DNA from: Octopus vulgaris
Lineage: Eukaryota
DNA length: 64,000 nucleotides
Direction of reading: 5' to 3'
Assembly: GCA_951406725.2 (NCBI GenBank)
Contig: OX597838.1
Span: forward strand, 27,528,001 to 27,592,000
In this document: piece after piece, positions 13,791 to 25,330 of the stretch
How the letters are laid out: each line of letters starts with the position of its first letter
Numbering within the stretch: position 1 is the first letter of the stretch
Made by a program: the position numbers and the translations under genes
Notes under the pieces: generated by a model
The model's database searches: none
The model's input: only the letters and a program-made list of their open reading frames with translations
What the model was told of the DNA's origin: nothing

Positions 13791-14920
13791 TATATATATA
13801 TATATATATATATCTTTTTCTACTCTAGGCACAAGGCCTGGAATTTGCGGGGAGTCGATTAGATCAACCCCAGTACGCAACTGGTACTAAATTTATTGAT
13901 CCTGAAAGGATGGAAAGCAAAGTCAACCTCGGTGGAATTTGAACTCAGAACATAAAGAAAGACAAAATACTGCTAAGCATTTTATCTCATTTCCCTATTT
14001 GTTTCTTTCATTGTTCGAAAAGTAGTTCATTTTCTATGTCTTTTTATGTTCTCATTTCTCCTTTTGTTCATGTTTTTTGATGTCCTGTACCCATATACAC
14101 ATGTATATATATACATATACATTTAGGTATATACATATATGTATGTATATATGCATATATTTATATATTATTATTATGATATATATATATATGTATATAT
14201 ATATAAAATGGCAAGAGTTGAGAGGAGAGAGAAAGATTAAAATTTATGACATTTTATTCCTATTTTAATGTTCTTCAAAAATAAAAAAAAAAAGGAAGAA
14301 AATAGAGAAAAAAAGGCAATCAATATTTCTATTTACCCCATGTGATTTGATAAAAGAATCACCCAGCTCAGCTCTACCAGACTCTAAAATATGGTACGGT
14401 CTATATTCTCTCTCTTTCTCTTATACTGTTCATCACTTTAATATTTCTCTTCTATTGTGTACTGCTGGGAATCATTCAGTGCTGCTAAAATATCCCCTCC
14501 CATCTCTCTCACTTTCTCTCTGATTCTGTCTTCTCTCTATCGGTTCCCCATTCTTTCTCCCTCTTTATATTGTACACATTTTGATGCTGGCGCTCTTAGT
14601 AAATACAGCCGTCCTACTCCATCTTCATGAAAGGCAACTGGTCATAAAAGCCACAACGCGAAACAGCGTTGATGGTCAAAGACCAATTCCTATCAAAAGC
14701 TGCTCTGTTACTGTATCTGTGTCTAACCGGTTTCTCTGCTGGTTTCCCATGCCAACAGAGAAAAATACCGATCATAAAACTAGTTAACCGAATAGATGCG
14801 TGTGTGAATATATATATATATAGAGAGAGATGGTGATGCAGATATACACAATTAGTCTTGACATATATATCTATATATAAGGATATATGTATATTTGTGT
14901 GTGTGTGTATACATCTGTGT

Positions 14921-15123
14921 TTACTCTTACTCTTTACTCTTTTACTTCTTTCAGTCATTTGACTGCGGCCATGCTGGAGCACTGCCTTTAATCGAGCAAC
15001 TTGATCCCGGGACTTATTCTTTTGTAAGCCCAGTACTTATTCTATCAGTCTCTTTTGCCAAACTGCTAAGTAACGGGGACATAAATACACCAGCATCGGT
15101 TGTCAAGCAATGCTAGGGGGACA

Positions 15124-15179
<56 letters not shown>

Positions 15180-15344
15180 TACAACGGGCTTCTTTCAGTT
15201 TCCATCTACCATATCCACTCACAAGGCTTTGGTCAGCTCGAGGCTATAGTAGAAGACAGTTGCCCAAGATGCCACGCAGTGGGACTGAACCCGGAATCAT
15301 GTGGTTGGTAAACAAGCTACTTACCACACAGCCACTCCTGCACC
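14921..15344 (-). mobile_element. Full-length SINE family A
   Basis: Reverse-complement match to 10639-11017 along its length. Confidence 0.9.
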
Positions 15345-16783
15345 TATGTTTGTGTGTGTATATATTTCATCATCGTCATCATCATTATTTAGTGTCTGTT
15401 TTTCTTGCTGGTATGGGTTAGGCAGTTTAACTGGAACTGGTAAGCTGGAGAGCTGCACCAGGTTCCAATCTGGTTTGGCATGGTTTCTAAGGCTGGATGC
15501 CCTTCCTAATGCCAACCGCTCCAAGAGTGTACCGGGTGGTTTTTACATGCCACCGACACAGGTGCCAGTTATGTGATACCGGCATCGTGTGTGTGTGTGT
15601 GTCTGAAGCTTAATTGCGTTTATCAGCTTCACTATCTCCATATCATCTTGCCTCGGATTTCTCTTATAACCACTCTAAACACTGTGGATCTAGTCTTCGA
15701 TAAAGCATTTGAAGTTTAAGTTCAAATTCCTTTGAGCACTGCAACATGTTTTCTATACTGAGCATATCTAGCTCTTACCTATTTTCTGTATATAGATATG
15801 TGTGTGTGTGTAATGGTGTAAACATAGCTTTGTAGTTAAGAAATTTACTTCCCAACTACAAGATTTTAGGTTAGGTCTCTACATAACACCTTGGGTAACT
15901 CTTCTACTATAGTACTGAACTGACCAATGCTTTGTGAAGCCTGTGACATTTGTATATGAGTGTAGACTTGTGTGTGCACATGCTTGAGTCTGTGAAAGTT
16001 TACATTTTGTTCTTCACATGAAAATGTTTCGAACTTCAACCCTTGTCATTCCCTGTCAATAAATCACCCACTGGCTCTGCACCTTCAAAGACATGGAACA
16101 AAAAAAAAAAATCCCAGGCTTAGAAAAACCGATGCAGGTTTGCTATAAGAAAGATCTCTATCCAACTGTAAAACAATTCCCCAGTAATATATTATCATCT
16201 AACCCATGCTAGCATCAAAATGCAGGTGTAAAGTGAATGAAATGTATATTATGGTAATAATTTTTAAAGTAGTTTCAGAAACCAAACTGGGAGTACTCAG
16301 TGTGATTTGTCAATGTCCTCTTGAATTACTGCCAACTGAAATGTACTCTATACAGCAAGAACTGGAAAAGTACCAATATTTCATTATCATTTTAAAGTTT
16401 ACTTCACCATGCTTGCATGGAAATTTGTTGAGCCAGAAGCCCTTCTCCTCGCCAGCCTTCACCTGTTTCCAAGCAAGATAATATTTCCTTATGATCAGAC
16501 ATGTCTGCAATTATCGTGTGAAATCAAAGCAAGGAGGCAGTAAAACACACACATATTTATATATACAATGGGCTTCTTTCAGTTTCTGTTTACGAATCTA
16601 CTCACTCGGCTTTTGTTGACCCAGGGCTATTGTAGAATACACATGCTGGAGGTGTAATGCAGTAGGACTGAACCCAAAAGCATGTGGTTGGAAAGGAAAC
16701 TTCTTAACACACACACACACCTACATTTGCACCTATATGTGTGTGTTTATGTGTATGTATCTATATATGTGTGTGTGTGTGTG

Positions 16784-16823
<40 letters not shown>

Positions 16824-16826
<3 letters not shown>

Positions 16827-17336
16827 GAAGGCATAGCTATTGATCGTAGCAGGTGGAGAAGGATTGTGCATGAGGGGACAGCCACTTTTGAGAAATCTCG
16901 AGTTGCACATGAGAAAGTAAGGAGGGATGTCAGGAAGGGCATCGCTGTTACACTTCCAGATGGGAAGGGTCTTCCTTTGATGCTGACATGCAATGTCTGT
17001 GCAAGACCCTGCCTCAGTAAAGCTGGACTCAAGAGTCATCTTCGTAGTCATAAAGCGAGACTTGGCCACTGGTGGTGGTGTAATACATCGTACTAATCAT
17101 ATCTGTCGGGCATGTGGAAGAGAGTGTAATTCGGCAGGAGGACTTAAACAACATGCAAAGGTACATGAAGCCCAGTTACAACTACAGCCAGCTATTACCG
17201 GTAAAGGTATTAGTTGCCAATTCTGTACAAGACATTGTAGATCTTTAGCTAGCCTAAAAATTCACATTCGATCACAGCACCAGTAACAGTTAAGCTTCGT
17301 GCAATGGCCATACTCGATAACGAGGGGGCAGCCATA
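16824..17336 (+). mobile_element. 5'-truncated RTE-clade LINE 3' end encoding three C2H2 zinc fingers (one frameshift near 17065)
   Basis: WEGIAIDRSRWRRIVHEG..FEKSR is the typical RTE ORF2 C-terminus. Fingers: CNVC..HLRSH, CRAC..HAKVH, CQFC..HIRSQH. Stop at 17284-17286, short 3' UTR, flanked by (AT)n. Confidence 0.85.
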
Positions 17337-17369
17337 ATATATATATATATATATAAAGTACCCATGCAG

Positions 17370-17577
17370 CGTCACGTAAAAGCACCTGTGCGGTGCTATG
17401 TAAAAGTGCCTACCACATTGTAAAGTGGTTAGTGTTAGGATGGGCATCTGGCCGTAGAAACCATGCCAAAGCAGACTGGAGTCTGGTGCAGCCCCCCCCC
17501 CCCCCAAGCCTGCCAGCTCTGGTCGCACCATCTAATGCATGCCAGCATGGACAGCAGACATTAAATGATGATAATAA

Positions 17578-17580
<3 letters not shown>
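17370..17580 (+). mobile_element. Repeat family E copy
   Basis: GTTAGGATGGGCATCTGGCCGTAGAAA...GCATGCCAGCATGG...(GAT)n. Confidence 0.75.
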
Positions 17581-17612
<32 letters not shown>

Positions 17613-17708
17613 TAAAAACTGTAAGATAACCAAAGAAAGAAAGACCTCAAGGAATTATTATGTAAATAGGTGGCCAGATAACCAGAGAAATTATTATGTA
17701 AATAGGTG

Positions 17709-17778
17709 GCCAGATAACCGAAGAGATGGTGTTGTAGATTTCTACTTCGGCATCCGAAACTCAGAGTTTTATCTTGGC
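17709..17778 (+). ncRNA. Variant type-I hammerhead motif inside a roughly 200-bp element (17610-17810) in (AT)n
   Basis: GCCA-GAUAA-CCGAAGA-GAUG...CAUC-C-GAAAC-UCAGA-GUU-UUAUC-U-UGGC; stem I GAUAA/UUAUC is extended by GCCA/UGGC; the core has U4>C. Confidence 0.65.
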
Positions 17779-17807
17779 TCTTGAATAATTGTCACATATT
17801 ATTTTAC

Positions 17808-17853
<46 letters not shown>

Positions 17854-18593
17854 GTATCTCATCATCGCCATCATTTAATGTCCATTTTCCATGCTGCCAT
17901 GGGTTGGATAGTTTGACAGGAGCTGGCCAACTAAAGACCTACCCGACATATATATATTTATATGAATGTGTGTGTGCATGTGTCCAATCCATGCCAGCAT
18001 GGAAAATGGACACTAAATGTTAATGATGGCAATGATGATGATGCTATATAACGAAAGAGGTGACTGTGATCCTTTTTCCAATACTTTGAAGCTGCAAGAC
18101 AAAACAATTCCTTAACATAACAAGTTCTAATCCTGAAATGAAACTGCGATTCAAAACGATTTATTTTTTTATCGAAACTATATTTTTGTCTACCACCACA
18201 ACCACCATCCCCACCCATACCTTTCCCAGAACAATTACATAATGTAAAATTTAATTTACAACAAGACAAAAAAAGAAAGAAAAATTAATATTACGAAGCG
18301 TTCTTTGAATAGGAAACAATCACATTAGTAGCTTCACATTTTTTTTCTTTATGCTTTTCACTTTTTTTTTCTATTTTCTTTTTTTTTTCATCGTTTGAAG
18401 TTCTCCCCCCCCCCCTCCTCCGATCAATATCTCTGACTACAACTTTAGATAGTTATAAGGGCTAATACTTCGATTAATATCTAAAATTTTGTCGAAAATA
18501 TTCTCAATTTACAAGAAAGAATTGTAGAGAATGGAAAGAATAAACTCCATCCCGGAATGAAACAAATATGTTTCATCCCAGGATGAAATATGT

Positions 18594-18624
<31 letters not shown>

Positions 18625-19176
18625 TAGTTAGACCAAAGGGATCTTTTGTTTTTTTTTCCTTTCCTTTTTTACTGATATAACATCTATTATCATGACATTG
18701 CTACCAGCTACCCCCCACTCAGCCAACCCCTTGCCCTTGTTGTCCAACAGGGGGTAGGAAACCTATTCTTGGCGGTGCTTGTAATAAAAAGTGTTTTTGA
18801 TGTTTATCTGAAACTGGAGTTGCTGACCTTCATCTGCTTGTGTGTGTTTGTGCTCTCTATCTAACTGGCCCTCTGTTAACCCCTTGCCTCAACCTGGTGC
18901 ATCCACCTCTCCATCCAGCCATCCGGCTGTCCACCCTGTCCCCCACTCCCTCAGTAATGTTACCACCACTGTTATATCCCTCATCCATGAACTCCATTGT
19001 TTCATTTAATTATGATGCGTTGGAACTTCTCGTACAGGGATTGCATTGCCTTGCAGTAAAGATGGAAGCAGCTATTTCCAGGAAGAGGAAAGCCCAGTTG
19101 TATAGCAATATGTTAATTAAATTGTGTGATTTTTTTTTTACTATCAGATAGCCTTTCACAGCCTCTTCAAATATAT

Positions 19177-19208
<32 letters not shown>

Positions 19209-19278
19209 GTATATATATTTATATATATACAGATATAGATATAGATAGATATATAGATATATAGATATATATATATAT

Positions 19279-19321
<43 letters not shown>

Positions 19322-19455
19322 TATATATGGATATAGATAGATAGATAGATAGATATATATATGGATATAGATAGATAGATAGATAGATATATATATGGAT
19401 ATAGATAGATAGATATATATATATATGGATATAGATAGATATATATATATATATA

Positions 19456-20435
19456 TACTTTGATACTTTGATACTTTGATAGGTTTCGGCCATTATTGGC
19501 CCAGGCCATGTCTAACTTAATAGCACCACCTGGTGAAGTCTTTCAAGTCAGAATTTGGGCACTATGGCCCACTCAAGTAGAGAGTTATTGTTTACAGAGA
19601 CATATCCGGGTGTAGGGGGTTTATCCGGGATTTCTTGAAGGAATCTGTCCAAAGACTTCTTGAACCCTATAGGGTCAGTTTCTGTTTTAATGTGTTTTGG
19701 TGTAATGTTAAAGAGAGCGGGGCCAATTGAGGTGAAATAATTGTGCCGTATTGTTGTTATGAGATGAGAGTGCGATTTTTGTTTTGGGCGGATGGCACGG
19801 GGCCCAAGCCTTGGATGTACCTTAAAGGTGATGCCAACATCATTTGGGCAATGCTGATGGAATATTTTCCACATCATGCAGATGATGTAGCGCTCACGAC
19901 GACGTTGGAGAGAATAGAGTTTTAGCTTTTCTAGTCGACCCCAATAGTCGAGGCCTGTCATGCCATCTATCTTTTTTGTGATTGCCCTTTGAGGTGCTTC
20001 GACTTTTATGATACCTTGTATTGTGTGGGGAGACCACAGTGGACAACAGTATTCAAGGTGGGGTCGGGCAAAAGTGGAGAAGAGAAGGATAATGGTGTGG
20101 ATATCTCTCGACTGGAAAGTTCTGAGAATCCAGGAACACATTCTGCGGGCCATGTCAACTTTGGTGTTTATATGAGTGGCCCAGCTTACGTTGTTGTCCA
20201 CAATTACTCCCAAGTCTCTGATGTTGTTGGACGCCGTGAGAGTTTCACCTGAAGGAAGGGAGTATGGGAGTTTCAGGGCATCCTCTTTTCCAAAGTGGAT
20301 TAGCTCAAATTTATCCTCGTTCAACAGCATATTGTTTTTTTCTGCCCATTGGATAACAGCCAGTAGATCTGACTGAAGGCATGTCCGGTCACTCGCCTCA
20401 TTTATGACCTTCTGTAGCTTGGAGTCATCTGCATA
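19456..20435 (-). mobile_element. 5'-truncated CR1/L2-group LINE with (TATCAAAG)n tail
   Basis: RT C-terminal motifs, a short 3' UTR and three copies of an 8-mer tail at 19456-19480; compound (AT)/(GATA) repeats on both sides. Confidence 0.92.
19548..20435 (-). CDS. LINE ORF2 reverse transcriptase C-terminal fragment (295 uninterrupted codons, no true start)
   Basis: Reading upstream of the tracked ATG gives [42 protein letters not shown]...RDLGVIVD...[13 protein letters not shown]...[11 protein letters not shown]. Confidence 0.9.
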   Translation of the reverse strand, partial: YADDSKLQKVINEASDRTCLQSDLLAVIQWAEKNNMLLNEDKFELIHFGKEDALKLPYSLPSGETLTASNNIRDLGVIVDNNVSWATHINTKVDMARRMCSWILRTFQSRDIHTIILLFSTFARPHLEYCCPLWSPHTIQGIIKVEAPQRAITKKIDGMTGLDYWGRLEKLKLYSLQRRRERYIICMMWKIFHQHCPNDVGITFKVHPRLGPRAIRPKQKSHSHLITTIRHNYFTSIGPALFNITPKHIKTETDPIGFKKSLDRFLQEIPDKPPTPGYVSVNNNSLLEWAIVPKF

Positions 20436-20499
20436 TATATATATGGATATAGATAGATAATATATATATATATATATATATATATGGATATAGATAGAT

Positions 20500-20530
<31 letters not shown>

Positions 20531-20931
20531 GGATATAGATATATATATATATATATATGGATATAGATAATATATATATATATATATATGGATATAGATA
20601 GATATATATATATATAGATATATATGGATATAGATAGATATATATATATATATAGATATATATATATATATATATATAGATAGATATAGATAGATATATA
20701 TATATATATAGATAGATATATATATAGATATAGATAGATATATATATATAGATATAGATAGATATATATATATATAGATATAGATAGATATATAGATATA
20801 GATAGATATATAGATATAGATAGATATATAGATATAGATAGATAGATATAGATAGATAGATATAGATATATATATAGATATAGATAGATATATATATATA
20901 TAGATATAGATAGATATATATAGATATAGAT

Positions 20932-20964
<33 letters not shown>

Positions 20965-21022
20965 TATATATATATAGATAGATATAGATATAAATATAGA
21001 TGATTATATATATATATATATA
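20436..21022. repeat. Compound (AT)n/(GATA)n/(GATATA)n satellite tract
   Basis: Directly visible; the same ATGGATATAGATAG motif occurs at 19320-19440. Confidence 0.95.
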
Positions 21023-21260
21023 CAATTATGTGTGTCTGTGTGTGTTCTACTTTTGTATTGTAGAGAAGGTTAGCTGACTAGGCATGAGGTGTGTGTGGGG
21101 GTTGATAGAGGTTAGTATATTGAATGGGTTTGGTATGTTTTCTTTGATGCTAGTGCATTGTTCACCAATGTGTGACTGAATGTATACACAGTATTGTAGT
21201 GTTGTACATGCATACATGTGTGTCTACATGCCTGCATACACGCACAAACACACGCATACT

Positions 21261-21294
<34 letters not shown>

Positions 21295-22164
21295 TCCTTG
21301 TCTGACAAGTAATTTCATCTGAGACCTTGATTTGGCCAGAGCACCGGGCAATGAGAGCCAGAAGAGCTGACCTATTAAATTTTTTTTTATTTATATATAC
21401 ATATATATATACACACACACATTTAAAATCTTGAAGCCTACATATGACCCTGTTGCAGTGGAACTGTGTCAATGACCCGGTCACAGTTGGTGCAACCAAC
21501 ATTTTGACTCCAAATCATAAATGTTTAAGTGTTGTTTTGAATGACTAAGACGTGCTATCCCTGCTGTAATTGTGTGTTTGTGTGTGTGTGTGCATGCAAG
21601 TGGGTGTGCATATGAATACATTAAGTAATGCTTATGAGATTCTAAAATAGTTTTGTCATTTTCCTATGTGAAGATTTACAGGTGTCTTCCTCAATGCTAA
21701 TTAATTTGATTTAATGCAGGTGTCCCTCCTATCACTACTTAGTATACCAACTACACTATTGCCAGACAGAAGCGCTCCACGGTCCTCTTGGCTACGCCAT
21801 CTCTTATAATTTCAGTTAATGCAAACATTATTACTATTAAAAGAAATTCTGCCAAGCTCGGCTTTGCCTCTCATCCTTTCAGAGTCAGTAAAATATGCAC
21901 CAGTCAAGTCCTGGGTTTGATATAACCAGCCTCCCCATCTCTTTGAAAGCTGTTCACCCTGTGTGAAAATTTGAAACCGATATTTTTATTATGATAGGTG
22001 AAAATCTGCAAAGTAAAAACAGTACTGTACTGTATATTTTTCAATTATTTTTATAATTTGTACATATTTATTTTATTATAAATGCAAAAACACCATGAAG
22101 CAATTGATGTAAGATTACATAATAAACTACGATAGGTGAACTGCATTATGGAGTGGGCTTACCA

Positions 22165-22203
<39 letters not shown>

Positions 22204-22204
<1 letters not shown>

Positions 22205-22631
22205 GCAATAATAATTCTCTAAATGAGATATAGACAGTAACTGCTCCATAACATAAGGGACTAAAGCCATCTGAATATGGACAGGGCAGGGTGGTGGGGG
22301 TGTTACTGTTGCATTTAGCCCCAGGCGAACATCAACGTCGCCAGATAGGCTTGACACCATCACGGCGTCCTCTATCCTGCAAAGGGAGATAATTCCCCGA
22401 TGAAGCGGAAACCACACACGGACCTAGGTTTCAAGGTGTTTGCCTATTATCAACGTATGGTAGGCACCCGCTTCCTCGACGAACCACTCACTCTGCACGA
22501 TATTTATATAGATTTTCAAGCAAAATACATTTGCTGATTTTGAAAATCTGTTCGACAGCAATAATAATTCTCTAAATGAGATATAGACAGTAACTGCTCC
22601 ATAACATAAGGGACTAAAGCCATCTGAATAT
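22204..22631 (-). mobile_element. Retrozyme-like element: 353-bp unit with identical 75-bp terminal direct repeats
   Basis: 22204-22278 is identical to 22557-22631; the interior is GC/CpG-richer, has several hairpins and a hammerhead-like fold; flanked by (AT)n. Confidence 0.65.
22415..22459 (-). ncRNA. Type-I hammerhead-like motif with substituted core
   Basis: CAUACG-UUGAUAA-U-AGG(CAAACA)CCU-U-GAAAC-CUAG-GUC-CGUGUG: all three stems and the GUC site are present; the core differs from CUGAUGA at 2 positions. Confidence 0.6.
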
Positions 22632-22640
22632 ACATAGCAG

Positions 22641-22671
<31 letters not shown>

Positions 22672-22953
22672 GATTTCTCTGAAGAGTGTTTATAATTATG
22701 AATAAATCACAATTACAATGGAGTGGGTTGCAAAAACCCTTACATATATATATATAAATGGATGAATGAATTATCCTTTGTTTACCGTTAACTTGGAAAA
22801 TTCAATAAACTGTTACCAGGGTAGCAAAATTCACGCTAGTAACACAGATGAAGCAACCTATTCAAAGGTAGAAACTCCGGGTTAATGTGCAGTAATTTGC
22901 GTGGTATAAGTAAATAAATGGAGTTGAAAGCAGATGTTATTAAAATTCTTTTA

Positions 22954-23031
22954 CTTTCGACGTATGTTTCGAAGACAACATTGGTTTTATTCCAAAGGAA
23001 TAAACAGTGTAAAATGCAATCTTCTCATCAA
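22954..23031 (-). ncRNA. Truncated hammerhead motif with long stem II
   Basis: UUGAUGA-GAAGA...UCUUC-GAAAC-AUAC-GUC-GAAAG; the 5' strand of stem I is missing. Confidence 0.5.
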
Positions 23032-23039
23032 ATATAGTT

Positions 23040-23215
23040 CAAATTTATAGAAAAACAAACACAGCTGTAGGAACAACAAGCAAGTGTATTAGTTTGATGC
23101 TCAGGAAAAATGGAAAAGTTACTTATATTACGAGCCTACGCTCTTCGGCAGAAAAGAATGAGGATATAAATAGAGAGAAAATGAAAAAAACATGTTGAGT
23201 CCAGTGGTCTAACAA
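23040..23215 (-). mobile_element. Degenerate copy of the hammerhead-bearing family at 31060 and 39670
   Basis: GTATTAGT...GCTCAGGAA...CGAGCCTACGCTCTTC..CAGAAA is shared. Confidence 0.7.
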
Positions 23216-23389
23216 TGGGCTTCTTTCAGTTTCTATCTACCAAATCCACTCACAAGGTTTTGGTCAATTCGAGGCTATGATAGAAGACTCTTGCTGAAGG
23301 TGCCATGCAGTGGGACAGATTCCAGAACCATATGGTTGGGAAGCAAACTTCGTGCCACACACCCAGAATAACATTGTAGTGAAGGTGTG

Positions 23390-23472
23390 ATAGTCTGGAT
23401 CTGGCCTGTATGAACAAAAATCAAGTAGAATATTTGAGACGGATATGGCCAGTTTTTAGGCTAAAGGGTTAA
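23390..23472. mobile_element. Possible piggyBac-type MITE right end
   Basis: Ends ...GCTAAAGGG followed by TTAA; no left end found. Confidence 0.35.
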
Positions 23473-24304
23473 TGCAATGAAATAAGAAATTTTGGTTTAT
23501 TAACATTATGGGAAAATCAACCATTGACCAGTAACTCTGGTCAAGAAAGGCAAGGGGATATAACTGTTTGATTTTAAATTAATTAAAAAAAAAAACAATG
23601 GCAAGGGAGAATTACCTGTGTGCAGAACAGAGACAATTGAGGGCATGTTCAGGTCTTATCGAACCTCCCCAGCGAACTGTAGTCTAATTTTTACTGCAGA
23701 TCTCCAATGATTGGAAAAGTATGTAGATTTTTTGCTGAATTACTAGATGTATGAGAGGAATTCTGAACTCACCCTATTCAACACTGAATTATTTATGGCT
23801 AAAAAAAAAATGTTTTATTAATGTTTTGCTAAAAGCATGCTTGTATCAATGCGAAAGTAAACCATTGAGCTGCATTGTTTTATTGTGTTCCAATCTGCTT
23901 TTGATAATAGCATCTGTGGGCAATATTTAACTTGTGTTTGATATTATATTGCATTTTAATATTGTAGATTGTAGCCGAGACAAAGAATATATATGCACAT
24001 GAGTGAATGCGTATGTATGTATGCATGTGTATACATACACGACACTATGTATGTGTGTATGTATGCATATAAAGATGTGTTTGCGTGTGTGTGGGGTGGG
24101 GGTGATTGTGCACAAGCATATTCACAAACTAAATAAAAAGCTGAGCTTCAGGTCGTGTGAGTGTATATATGCATGCATGAATACATACATTATTATGCAC
24201 ATACAAACACGCATATATGAATACATATATGCATAAACATATAAGCAAATGTATGTGTGTCTGTGTGTACCTATGCATACACTCACATGCAATGATACAT
24301 ATTC

Positions 24305-24352
<48 letters not shown>

Positions 24353-24494
24353 CACCTTATAATTTTGCTTCAATCATGTTTGATTTCTTCAAAGCTAATG
24401 AAAAAAAAAAGAAGAAAGAAAAGTGCTAGTACTTTTTTTTTTCTCATTAGCAGTGCAGATATCAAAAATGATTGAAATAAATTTATAACCTAAT

Positions 24495-24531
<37 letters not shown>

Positions 24532-25045
24532 ACACACACACACATCCTCATTTAATGCATCTGTTTTCATGGATTAGACAGAATTTGTTGTGGCAGACTT
24601 TCTATCTACAGCCAGGTGCTCTTCCAGTTGCCAACCCTCACCTGTTTCAAAGAAAGGCAGTATTTCCCCGATTGCCAGACATGTGGTTAAAAAGCTTACT
24701 TTCCCACCACGTGGTTTCAGGTTCAGTTCTACTTTGCATCACCTCAGGCAAATGTCTTCTACTATAGCGCTACACCATCCAATGCTTTCTGAGTGAATTT
24801 AGGTCAACAGAAGCTGTGTGGAAGCCCATTGCGTGCATGTGTGTGTGTGTGTTTGTCTCACCACTGCTTGAGAACCAGTGTTGGTTTGTTTACATCCCTC
24901 TACCTTTGAGAGTCTGCAAAAGAAGCCAAGACAATAAGTATTAGATTTATTAAATGGAATCATTTCATTTGATCAAACTTTTCAAGGTGGTGCCCCAGCA
25001 TGGCTGCAGTCTAGTGACTGAAACAAATAATATATATATATAGTA

Positions 25046-25330
25046 CACCTAAAAGCTCCACGAGGCTCCGGCAGGGGATGGTGGTGATCCCTGCTGTACT
25101 CTTTCACCACAACTTTCTCTCACTCTTACTTCCTGTTTGTGTTGTACCTGTATTTCAAGGGGCTGGCCTTGTCACTCTCTGTGTCACGCTGAATATCCTC
25201 GAGAACTACGTTAAGGGTGCACGTGTCTGTGGAGTGCTCAGCCACTTACATGTTAATTTCACGAGCAGGCTGTTCCGTTGATTCGGATCAACCGGAACCC
25301 TCATCGTCGTAACCGACGGAGTGCTTCCAT
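25046..25330 (+). mobile_element. Headless SINE family D body with an alternative 3' tail
   Basis: ACACCTAAAAGCTCCACGAGGCTCC...CACAACTTTCTCTCACTCTT matches the reverse complement of 46230-46316, then diverges. Confidence 0.75.

Noticed and set aside
16929-16943. GTCAGGAAGGGCATC shared between the RTE ORF and family E
   Set aside because: A 15-bp match that does not extend; treated as coincidence.
22397-22432. Second, + strand hammerhead (CCGATGA...GAAAC) suggesting a viroid-like ambisense pair
   Set aside because: No stem II and no stem I pairing; likely a by-product of self-complementarity.
22843-22890. Hammerhead-like CAGATGA..ACCT/AGGT..GAAAC..GTT, and CTGAAGA at about 22679
   Set aside because: Stem I is out of register or GAAA is absent; possibly decayed relatives, but not counted.
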